A stretch of DNA of 64,000 nucleotides from an uncultured Acidobacteriaceae bacterium (GTDB lineage Bacteria; Acidobacteriota; Terriglobia; Terriglobales; Acidobacteriaceae), in contig CAVSYW010000002.1 in assembly GCA_963732305.1 (NCBI GenBank), forward strand, positions 860,694 to 924,693. The letters are read 5' to 3'. Both the position numbers and the translations under genes were made by a program. Within the stretch, counting starts at the first letter, position 1; every line of letters starts with the position of its first letter. This document shows positions 9,692 to 19,000 of the stretch, one piece after another. Below the pieces are notes generated by a model. That model had not been told where the DNA came from and did no database searches. It worked only from the letters and a program-made list of their open reading frames with translations.

Positions 9692-11256
9692 TCCAGGCGC
9701 ATGAGGCGGAAGCAGAGGTGATTCTGGAGGCCCGCAACATTACCAAGCGTTTTCCCGGCAACGTCGCGCTCGATGGCGTCACTTTCCGTGCGTATCGCGG
9801 ACAAGTGAATGTGCTCATCGGTGAAAACGGCGCGGGGAAGTCGACGCTGATGCGCATCCTGGCGGGCGCGGAAAAAGCCGATGATGGTCAACTGTTTCTC
9901 GATGGCCGGCCGATTGAGCTGCGCTCGCCGCGCGATGCATCGTCGCACGGAATCTCGATTGTCTACCAGGAGTTGCTGACCCTAACCAATCTGAAGATCA
10001 GCGAAAACATTTTTGCCGGCCGGGAACTTTGTCGCGCGGCGGTGCTGGTCGATCAAGTGGCAGAAGACCGGCGGTCGAGATCGGTTCTTGAGCACCTGCG
10101 GAAACCCATGGATGTGGGCACCGAAACAGGGAGGCTGTCGCTCGGTTGCAGGCAGGTGGTGGAGATTGCCCGCGCCCTCGATCAGGGTTCGAGGATTCTG
10201 ATTCTGGATGAGCCGACTTCCGCGCTTTCGGCATCGGAGGCGGAGTCGCTTTTCGAGGTCATCGCAGATTTGAAGGGCGCCGGTGTGACGATCATCTACA
10301 TCTCGCACCGGCTGCATGAACTACTCCATCTTGGCGATCGATTTACCGTGCTGCGCTCGGGGCGCGTGGTGGGCGAGGCGACACGAGCCGACGCGACGCG
10401 CGCGTGGATCGTGGAGCGCATGTCGGGTCGCAAGGAAGGCGCTAGCGACGCGCCCACTGCGATTGCGCCGGCTCGTCCCACGGTGCTGACGGTAAGGGGC
10501 CTCACTCTGCCCGGCTCGGTTGGTGATGAAGCCGCACGGGCAGCGTTGCACGATGTAAGTCTTGATCTCCGCGAAGGCGAAATCCTCGGAGTCTACGGGC
10601 TGCTGGGCGCGGGACGAACCGAACTGGTGGAATCGCTTGCCGGTCTTCGGCCAATCGCGTCGGGATCTGTAGCAATTCGAGGACAAAGAATTCGCAACGG
10701 CAGCGTGCGCGACGCATTAAGGGCGGGGATGGTCCTGATGCCCGAAGACCGGCAGCGCGACGGCCTCTTTCCGGAGCTTTCGATTCGCGAAAATGTCGTC
10801 ATGGCGGCGGAGACGGGCCTCTTTCTTTCGCGAGACGAAGAGACCAATCGTGTGCGCAAGCTTACGGCTGAATTGCACATCGCTGCGAAAGACATCGAGC
10901 ATCCCGTGACCACGCTTTCCGGAGGAAATCAGCAGAAGGTGCTGTTGGCGCGATGCCTGATGTGCTCACCATCGGTTCTGTTGATGGACGAGCCGACCCG
11001 CGGTGTCGATGTGGGCGCAAAGGCCGAGATTTACGGCATTCTGCGCGAGCTGGCGGCGAAAGGACTGAGCATTTTGTTTACGTCATCGGAGATCGAAGAG
11101 ACGCAAGCGCTCGCCGCACGCGTGCTTGTGCTCTGCCAGGGACGAATTTCAGCGGAGTTTTCGCACAACGAGTTGAGCGACGAGGGCTTGTTTGCCGCTG
11201 CCAGTCCTTCAGTTACCGCTTCGGCCAACAAATCGATCGCGGGAGGTACCGCATGA
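9688..11256 (+). CDS. Sugar ABC transporter ATP-binding protein (double ATPase, CUT2 family)
   Basis: GENGAGKST, LILDEPT, LSGGNQQKV, LMDEPTRGVDVGAK; ATGA overlap. Confidence 0.95.
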   Translation: MIQAHEAEAEVILEARNITKRFPGNVALDGVTFRAYRGQVNVLIGENGAGKSTLMRILAGAEKADDGQLFLDGRPIELRSPRDASSHGISIVYQELLTLTNLKISENIFAGRELCRAAVLVDQVAEDRRSRSVLEHLRKPMDVGTETGRLSLGCRQVVEIARALDQGSRILILDEPTSALSASEAESLFEVIADLKGAGVTIIYISHRLHELLHLGDRFTVLRSGRVVGEATRADATRAWIVERMSGRKEGASDAPTAIAPARPTVLTVRGLTLPGSVGDEAARAALHDVSLDLREGEILGVYGLLGAGRTELVESLAGLRPIASGSVAIRGQRIRNGSVRDALRAGMVLMPEDRQRDGLFPELSIRENVVMAAETGLFLSRDEETNRVRKLTAELHIAAKDIEHPVTTLSGGNQQKVLLARCLMCSPSVLLMDEPTRGVDVGAKAEIYGILRELAAKGLSILFTSSEIEETQALAARVLVLCQGRISAEFSHNELSDEGLFAAASPSVTASANKSIAGGTA

Positions 11257-12338
11257 GTTCCGCCACGCACAACCAACCGCGCGTCCATCGTTTCGCGTTG
11301 GCGTCGGCTCGCGCTATTCTGCTTCTGCTGCGGGCCCGCGCCATTATGGTGCTGGTGTTGCTTCTCGCCTTGTTCTCCGTGCTTGCCCCTGAGTTTCTCA
11401 CCGCCAACAACCTCTCGATCCTCACCAAGCATGTAGCCATCACCGCAATTCTTGCGGTGGGGATGACCTTTGTCGTGCTGACCGGCGGCATCGATCTATC
11501 AGTTGGCTCCATCGCAGGACTCGGCGGTATGGTGGCGGGTTATCTTCTCACGCAGGGGCTCTCGATTGGCGGCGGGACGCATTATCCGCCTGTCGCCATC
11601 GTCATCCTGCTCACGATCTGCGCGTGCCTGCTGGTGGGTGCGCTCAACGGATGGCTGGTTGCCAAGGCCGGCGTCGCTCCGTTCATTGCGACGCTGGGCA
11701 CGCTCTATATCGCACGCGGCGCGGCGCTGTTGATCTCGAACGGAAAAACGTTTCCTAATCTTGGCGGCGGAGCATCGAGAGGCAGTACGGGATTCCCCGC
11801 ATTCGGTCAAAGTTTCCTGCTGCATGTGCCCACGCCGGTCTGGATGATGATGGCGCTCTTCGCTGTGGCGTGGGTGGTGGCGACGAAGACCCCGTTCGGC
11901 AGGCATGTATATGCGATTGGCGGAAACGAACGCGCGGCGCGGCTGGCGGGCATTCGCGTGGCGCAGGTGAAGGTGGCCACGTATGTCTTTTCGGCGTTCT
12001 GCGCTGCGCTGGTCGGGCTCATCATCGCGGCGCAACTGGAGGCCGCACATCCGGCAACCGGTGAAAGCTTTGAGCTGAACGCGATAGCGGCGGTGGTGCT
12101 GGGCGGAACGTCGCTGATGGGCGGCCGAGGCTCGGTGACGGGCTCGCTGATTGGCGCGTTTGTGATCGGGGTTCTTGCCGACGGCCTGGTGATGCTGGGC
12201 GTTTCTGAGTTTTGGCAGATCGTGATCAAAGGCGTAGTGATTGTGCTGGCCGTCGGACTCGATCAGTTGCAGACGCGGCTGCAGGCCAGGATTCTGCCGT
12301 ACTTGACTACGGCGAGCGTCGGGGAAGGCCAATCATGA
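11253..12338 (+). CDS. Sugar ABC transporter permease (RbsC-like)
   Basis: TGGIDLSVGS, FIATLG, FGRHVYAIGGNERAARLAG, IAAVVLGGTSL. Confidence 0.95.
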   Translation: MSSATHNQPRVHRFALASARAILLLLRARAIMVLVLLLALFSVLAPEFLTANNLSILTKHVAITAILAVGMTFVVLTGGIDLSVGSIAGLGGMVAGYLLTQGLSIGGGTHYPPVAIVILLTICACLLVGALNGWLVAKAGVAPFIATLGTLYIARGAALLISNGKTFPNLGGGASRGSTGFPAFGQSFLLHVPTPVWMMMALFAVAWVVATKTPFGRHVYAIGGNERAARLAGIRVAQVKVATYVFSAFCAALVGLIIAAQLEAAHPATGESFELNAIAAVVLGGTSLMGGRGSVTGSLIGAFVIGVLADGLVMLGVSEFWQIVIKGVVIVLAVGLDQLQTRLQARILPYLTTASVGEGQS

Positions 12339-13282
12339 TGCGCCGCGCGCTTGCCCTGTTTGGATGCGGGTTGGCGCTGCTGCTTGTGTGCGCCGGATGC
12401 CACCGCGACCAGCATCGCAAGAAGTTGATCGTCATCATTGTTCCTTCGCAAGACAATCCCTATTTCAAGGCCGAAGCCGATGCCGCCGCCGCGCGCGCGC
12501 TCGAACTCGGCTATCGCGTGCGCGTGGACGCGCATGAAGACGACGCGTATCGTCAGGACAACCTGGTGGATGCAGCCATCGCCTCGAATGCAGCGGTCAT
12601 CATATTGGACAATGCGGGCGCCGATGCAACCGTGTCTGCGGTCCGTCGCGCAACCAAAGCGGGCATCGCAGTGTTTCTCATTGACCGAGAAATCGACGCC
12701 ACGGGGATTGCGAAGGCGCAGATCATTTCAGACAACGATCAAGGTGCGCGGCTGGTTGCGGCGGAGTTTGCGCGCGCGATGAACGGAAAGGGCGAGTACG
12801 CGGAGCTGATTGGCAAAGAATCCGACACCAACGCCCAGATTCGCACCAAAGGCTTTCACGCCGTGCTCGATCGGTTTCCGGGCCTCAAGCTGGTCTCCGC
12901 GCAGTCCGCGAACTGGTCGCAGTCGGAGGCGTTTCAAAAGACAGAAACCATGCTGCAAGCCCACGGGAATATCGCAGGCATCATTGCCGGGAACGATACG
13001 ATGGCTCTGGGAGCCGCGGCGGCAGTGAAGTCCGCCGGGATTTCGAACCTGCAGATCACAGGATTCGATGGCAGCCCCGATGCGATTGACGCCATCAAGG
13101 CCGGCGAGTTGCGTGCCACCGCCTTGCAGCCGGCCGTGCTGATCTCTCGGCTCGCAGTGGACGAGGCAGATCGGTTTTTGAAGACGGGCTCGACCGGCCA
13201 GCAGGAACTGCAAATCATTCCCTGCGAGCTGGTCACTGCCAGCAATGCGGGCGACTATCGCAATTTTGAAAAGGTAAGGTGA
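12335..13282 (+). CDS. Sugar ABC substrate-binding lipoprotein, D-apiose-binding-protein-like
   Basis: Lipobox VCAGC; segments DNPYFKAEA, LDNAGADA, FLIDREI, GKESDTNA, SANWSQ, GNDTMA, recalled as characteristic of apiose import binding proteins. Confidence 0.8.
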   Translation: MMRRALALFGCGLALLLVCAGCHRDQHRKKLIVIIVPSQDNPYFKAEADAAAARALELGYRVRVDAHEDDAYRQDNLVDAAIASNAAVIILDNAGADATVSAVRRATKAGIAVFLIDREIDATGIAKAQIISDNDQGARLVAAEFARAMNGKGEYAELIGKESDTNAQIRTKGFHAVLDRFPGLKLVSAQSANWSQSEAFQKTETMLQAHGNIAGIIAGNDTMALGAAAAVKSAGISNLQITGFDGSPDAIDAIKAGELRATALQPAVLISRLAVDEADRFLKTGSTGQQELQIIPCELVTASNAGDYRNFEKVR

Positions 13283-14724
13283 GCGTCATGGCGAATTCAA
13301 CTTGTCTTGGAGTCATCGTTGGCAATCGCGACTTCTTTCCCGATGTGCTGATCGCGGAAGCTCGCAAAGATCTGACCAAGCTTTTTGCGGAGCTGAAGAT
13401 CGAGCCGGTCTGGCTTTCGCCTGAAGAGTCGAAGCTGGGCGCGGTGGAAACCTGGGCCGACGCGCAGAAATGCGGCGAGCTGCTGCGCAGAAACCGCGAC
13501 CGCGTCGAGGGCGTCCTGGTCTGCCTGCCGAATTTCGGCGACGAGAAAGGAGTTGCCGACTCCATCCGCCTCGCTGAAACGCACGTTCCGGTTCTGGTGC
13601 AGGCTTGCCCCGACGATCTCGATCAGTTCGGTCTCGACCGCAGGCGCGACGCGTTCTGCGGCAAGATTTCGGTCTGCAACAATCTGCGCCAGTACCGGAT
13701 TCCGTATTCGCTCACGCGCGATCACACGGTGGCGATCCTCGATGCGCGGTTCCGCGAAGACCTGGTGCAGTTTGTCCAAACCTGCAAGGTGGTGCGCGGT
13801 CTGAGCCGGGTGCGCATCGGAGCGGTTGGAGCGCGGCCCAACGCATTCAACACCACGCGCTTCAGCGAAAAACTTTTCGAAGCTTCAGGCATCACGGTGA
13901 ACACCATCGATCTTTCCGAAGTTTTTGGAAATGCCGCCAAGATCTCCAGCGACGACAAGCGCGTCGGCGAGCGCGTCGACAAAATTCGTTCGTATGCCGA
14001 TGCGTCGAAAGTCCCCGATGAGGCCATTGTGCGTATGGCGAAGTTTGCGCTGGTGGTGGACGACTGGATGCAGTCGCTATCGATCACGGCGACCGCCATC
14101 CAGTGCTGGAGCTCGCTGCAGAAAAACTTTGGCGTGAATGTGTGCACCATCATGTCGATGATGAGCGAGCAGATGCTGCCCTCGGCTTGCGAAGTGGACA
14201 TCGCAGGCGTCGTAGGCATGTACGCATTGCAACTTGCCAGCGATAGCCCAAGCGCACTCGTTGACTGGAACAACAATTACGGCGGCGATCCCGAGAAGTG
14301 TGTTTTTTTCCACTGCGGCAACTGGGCTAAGGACTTTCTGCCCGACATCCGCATTGCCACCGCGCCTATTCTTGGCACGACGCTGGGCGAAGAAAACACG
14401 TTTGGCGCGCTGGAGGGCCGCACGCTTGCTGGACCTGTGACCTTCGGCCGCGTCAGCACTGACGACCTCAACGGCAGAATCACCGCTTACGTCGGCGAAG
14501 GCGAATTCACGAACGATCCGCTGAAGACCTTCGGCACGCGAGCGGTAGTGAAAGTGGCAGGGCTGCCGGCGCTCATGCATGTGATCTGCCAGAACGGCTT
14601 TGAGCACCACGCCGCGATGAACCGCAGTCACACCGCAGCCGCGGTAGCCGAGGCGATGAGCCGCTATCTTGGCTGGACGACTTATCACCACAACCGGCCG
14701 GCGGAATTACCTCCCTTGCCGTGA
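13279..14724 (+). CDS. L-fucose/L-arabinose isomerase family protein
   Basis: NFGDE, DAFCGKISV, AIQCW, SACEVD, FHCGN, GFEHH motifs; GTGA overlap with the SBP gene (alternative ATG 13288). Confidence 0.85.
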   Translation: MSVMANSTCLGVIVGNRDFFPDVLIAEARKDLTKLFAELKIEPVWLSPEESKLGAVETWADAQKCGELLRRNRDRVEGVLVCLPNFGDEKGVADSIRLAETHVPVLVQACPDDLDQFGLDRRRDAFCGKISVCNNLRQYRIPYSLTRDHTVAILDARFREDLVQFVQTCKVVRGLSRVRIGAVGARPNAFNTTRFSEKLFEASGITVNTIDLSEVFGNAAKISSDDKRVGERVDKIRSYADASKVPDEAIVRMAKFALVVDDWMQSLSITATAIQCWSSLQKNFGVNVCTIMSMMSEQMLPSACEVDIAGVVGMYALQLASDSPSALVDWNNNYGGDPEKCVFFHCGNWAKDFLPDIRIATAPILGTTLGEENTFGALEGRTLAGPVTFGRVSTDDLNGRITAYVGEGEFTNDPLKTFGTRAVVKVAGLPALMHVICQNGFEHHAAMNRSHTAAAVAEAMSRYLGWTTYHHNRPAELPPLP

Positions 14725-14808
14725 TGCTGGAGAACGGGAGGCGCTTATTCGGCTGAGCCTCATTGTTTCCAGTGAATCGTGATTCCTCCGGCTTTGAACT
14801 CTGGTTTC

Positions 14809-14962
14809 ATTGTGCGCCGGATGGGTTTAAGTATCTGCAAAAAAGACAGGGATCAGGGAGCGAGGTTCATGGATCAACAAATGAACGGGCTAGGGTGAGG
14901 CAGAGGCTTCGAATTGGATGGTGCAGGGCTTGACTTGTGAAAATATTGCGGCGGTTTCCCCG
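14809..14962. repeat. Copy 1 of a ~155-bp imperfect direct repeat
   Basis: attgtgcgccg...tatctgcaa..aagacag...atgaacggg.tagggtga...ttggatggtgcagggcttgac.tgtgaaaa; recurs 644 bp later. Confidence 0.8.
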
Positions 14963-14992
14963 GTCCCCAAAGGCGAGGGACCGGGGGAACCC
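14958..14992. repeat. REP-like hairpin family A (CCCCGGTCCC-loop-GGGACCGGGG-GCACCC)
   Basis: Perfect 10-bp stem; further copies at 15719, 15799, 15879, 15959, 32113, 33577, 35606, 45872. Confidence 0.8.
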
Positions 14993-15452
14993 GCGCTCAA
15001 GCGTTTAACGGCACTGGAAAGAGAATCGAGCCCTCCGGTGTGCGGAAGGCCCGAAGCGTGGGGTCTGTGCGATCCCCGGCAAGTTAGCAAGTCAGCGAGC
15101 GGACCAGGAGCGCTTTTTTGCAACTGGCTTGTTTTCTGCAAGATGGCAAAAGCGTACTGGGATACTGCCAAAGTACGATGTTTTGAAATTCCTCCCAAGT
15201 CAAACAATCCAAATTGTTTAGGTGGCTTCACAGTTTCTTTGTCGATTTTTGAATTGCAGGGCGCGAGCCGCCCCATCGGGCAAGAATCACCCGCTGGCGG
15301 CCCCGGAGTGCCGGCCGGAAAACCAGACTCCGATTGGCACTCCGGGGTGGGGGGAGGGGTGGGGGAGTTATTAGGTAGTTAACAGACGCCAGTGAGCCGG
15401 AGAAGCGGTGGCGGGAATTGATTGTCGTGGCCTGGGGGCTGCTCATAGAACG

Positions 15453-15606
15453 ATTGTGCGCCGAATACATTTAATTATCTGCAATCAAGACAGAGATCAC
15501 GGATCAGGGGCCAGGGATCGGAAAATGAACGGGTTAGGGTGAATCAGAGACTTCGATTTGGATGGTGCAGGGCTTGACCTGTGAAAACAGGGCGGCGCTT
15601 TCCCCG
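15453..15606. repeat. Copy 2 of the ~155-bp imperfect direct repeat
   Basis: Aligns by eye with 14809-14962. Confidence 0.8.
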
Positions 15607-15718
15607 ATCCGTCCGCCTCGCCACGGCGAGCAGGCGCGGCGGACGAGGAACCGAGGGCACCCTCAACTTGGTGAGATCTTCCCTAAGTTAGGAGCCATCC
15701 GGCCCGTCTCCTCGACCT

Positions 15719-15995
15719 CCCCGGTCCCCAAAGGCAAGGGACCGGGGGCACCCTCATTCGTGCGTGGCGGAGGGACCGAGGGGTGCGGTCTGTGCGATCC
15801 CCGGTCCCCAAAGGCAAGGGACCGGGGGCACCCTCATTCGTGCGTGGCGGAGGGACCGAGGGGTGCGGTCTGTGCGATCCCCGGTCCCCAAGTGCAAGGG
15901 ACCGGGGGCACCCTCATTCGTGCGTGGCGGAGGGACCGAGGGGTGCGGTCTGTGCGATCCCCGGTCCCCAAGTGCAAGGGACCGGGGGCACCCTC
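15719..15995. repeat. 80-bp tandem repeat (about 3.5 units), each carrying a family A hairpin
   Basis: ccggtcccca recurs at 15721, 15801, 15881, 15961; units identical except in the loop (aaggca to agtgca). Confidence 0.95.
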
Positions 15996-16094
15996 GTACA
16001 TGTCTGGCGGCTTAGTTCACGGGGGCACCCTCGTACATGTCTGGTGGCTTAGTTCACGGGGGCACCCTCGTTCATGTCTGGCGGCCTAGTTCGC
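15984..16094. repeat. 37-bp tandem repeat (3 units) running into the stop codon of the adjacent gene
   Basis: gggggcaccctcgtacatgtctggcggcttagttcac at 15984, 16021, 16058. Confidence 0.9.
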
Positions 16095-19000
16095 CGTCAC
16101 CGTGAAGGTGGTGGAGGCCGTGGGGCTGACCACGGGGTTGCTGGTTGGGGTCACTGTAAAGGTGTAGGTGCCCGCTGTTGTAGGAACATAGTTCACGGTA
16201 ACCGAAGCGGATTGCCCCGAGGAGGGGTTGTAGGCGGTGCTGCCCTGATAGGCGGCCGTGAGGATCACGCTGGTGCCGCCTGCGAAAGTGCTGGCGGGAA
16301 TCGTAAGGGTGACGCTTCCGTTGGTGAGCGTACTATTCAGCCCGGCTTCGGCTCCTCCGGAGAGAGTGACGCCTCCGGTGGCTGTGCCCGCGGAGCCGGT
16401 GACCGTAACAGTGACCATGAGCGGAGCATTGGCTTCAATCGTGTTCGATGCGGGCGTGACGGTGACGGTGGGAGTTGGCAGTGTGGGTGCGGTTGTCCCT
16501 CCTCCTCCTCCGCTGCTGCCTCCGCTGCAGCCTGCGAAGGTGAGTGTTAGAGAGACGATGAGTAGAAGCACGCTCATCAAATTTCTCCACTTGCGTGCGC
16601 CTCCGGGGATTACAAGGAGGAGGAGCGCGGCGAGTGCAGCGCTGCCGACAGCTCCGGACAACTTAGTTCCCCTGGAAAGAGGTGCGTGGGGAGTCGCGGG
16701 CGCGGAGAGCTTCGTCAACTGCGTGGCCTTGGCGCTTGGGCCGGTTACACCGGGGCCGATATTGGGCCGGCGGAGCTCGGACACGGTTGTCAATGAGGTT
16801 GTGTGGATGGCAAAGGTGACGGGCGACCCGGTGGGCGCGCCATTGGCGAACGTTACCGTTCCGTTGCCTGAGAGCGTGCAGGTCGGATTGGCCGGATTTG
16901 AAGCGCTCGCCCCGTTAGAGTATGCGGTGAGCACGCAGGACGCGGATGTGAAGGTCACAGTGCCGGTGTAATTACTGGTTGAAGAGACTGCAACCGATGC
17001 CGTGGCCGCCGTTCCGGGAGTGACCGTAGACGACGGGCCCGTACCGGTGAGCGAAAAGACCGACTGCGCAACGGCCAGTTTTGCTGTGGCCGACACTTGG
17101 GCGTAGTTCGTGTCTCCAAGGTAGCTGGCGGTAATGGGATCGCCCGACGGGAGGCTTGGGACTGGCGACAGCGTGTTTGCGGGGATGGTGAACGTGGCAA
17201 CTCCGCTGGAATTAAGGGCCGCACTCGCCGGCGCCGCAGCCGTGAAGTAGCCGCTGCCATAAAGGGTCACGGTTCCAGAGGGGACTGCGGCGCCCGTGCA
17301 GCTCCCGGTGGGGTTCGGTGGGGTGTTGCAGGCCAGGCTCACTGTGACCAGCAGCGGGGAGCCTGAATTCACGGTAGAGGTGGCCGGTGTGACGGTTATT
17401 GTGGTAGCGAGCACCTGGAAGAACTTGACAGTAACGGAAGTGGTGGTGCTTCCGGGGTTGTAGTTGGAGTCGCCGCTGTACTGGACGTTGAGCGCGTCGA
17501 TCTGGTTGGGCGTTCCTCCGGGGAGCGAGTTGGGCGTGATGATCACTGAATATTGCCCGCTGCTGTTGAGCTGGGCCAACCGCCGAGGTGTAAGAGGTTC
17601 CGTAGGAGACGGTCACCGTCCCGGTTGGTATTGCGCCCGTGCCCGTCACGGTTCCCGTGATGACGACTTGCTGGTTGGATTGAATGGAGGACGGCGTGGG
17701 TGCGGCCGACACTGAGGGGGTGAGTTTGTTTACCGTGACGCCGGCGGTTTGGCTGTTGGGCGCGTAGTTGGCGTCTCCGGAGTAGTTCACGGTCAGGGTG
17801 TCGGCTCCCCCGGCGAGGGTGCCGGCGGGGATGACAAAAGTGTAGGAGCTGGTGGTATTGGCCCCGCCGCTGACGAGCGCTTCCGTCGAGGAGGTGTAGC
17901 CGCCGCCGGAGAGAGTTACCGACCCGGAGGGCGTCGTTTTGCCGGAGGGACTGCTGCCTACAGTGACCGTGACGTTAAGGCTTGCGCCCAAAGAAACAGG
18001 GTTGGGAGCCGGCGTCACGGTTATGGTGGTTGCGCCTGATCCGATGATGGAGACCCAATTGTTGACCACGTTGGTTACGTTCAGCGAACCCAGGCCAGTA
18101 GCAAGGTCGTAGCCGGCGGTCGCGGAATAGCCGTTGAGGATGCCAAGGCCTTCGTCGGAGTCGGCGTAGCCCAAGGTGCTGTAGGACGCGGTGCAGTTGG
18201 GAGAATCGACGCCATTGTCGTAGATATCTTCGTCGCAGGGCATGGCGCTGGTACCCGAATCGATGTCGTTGAACATACAAGTGGTGCTGCCGGCCTTGAC
18301 GGTCTCAGCGCTGCAGGCGTTGTAGCCACTTAAGCTCTGCTTCGCCGCCAGTGTGTAAAGCTCGGGGTTTGCGAAGCCTTGTGTGACCCCCGTCTTCTGA
18401 TTGATGAGCGCCATGACACCCGCCATTGCCGGGGTTGCGACCGAAGTTCCACCCACTTCCTGGTAGAAGGACTCTTTATAGGTGGAGTATGTGCATGGGG
18501 CGTTGCCGCCGTCTGCCTGGGAGACGCAGATGAGGTAGGCGCTCGATGATGTGTATCCGTCGGAGGCGAAGAAGCTGACGTCGGGCAGATCGCGCACGCC
18601 GTCGCTGGGAATGTTGGTGATGCCGGTTGTGCAGTTTGCTGGATTTCCGGGGGTAACGCAGGTTTGTTGCCAGCCCGGCTTGGGCCAGCCGTTGTTGACG
18701 AGATTGAGTGAGGCCTGCGGAGCGTTCGTATCGGGATTCGTGGTGGCGCCGGTGCTGGTGGATCCGGCGGTGCAGCCGGAGAATGCGCCGGTCTCATCGT
18801 TTATCACTGCGTTGCCCACTATGCAGTTGCTGGCTCCGCCGCTTCCGCCTACGGTTTCAAGAAGATAAGTGATGTAGGGGTAGGTGACACCAAGGCCCTC
18901 GTACCCGTCATAGTAGGTGAAATCGTAATCAAGAAGGAAGTTGCAGGACTGTTCGGTGTTTGCAATCCCGTTCGATCCGGACGATGGGATGCCGTAGATG

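Noticed and set aside
15719-16094. CRISPR array
   Set aside because: Units are identical end to end with no unique spacers, period is 80 or 37 bp, and no cas genes are present.
14890-16550. ORFs of 80-175 aa across the repeat spacer (14918-15382, 15562-16089 and others)
   Set aside because: They merely translate the REP and tandem repeats; no RBS or protein-like composition.
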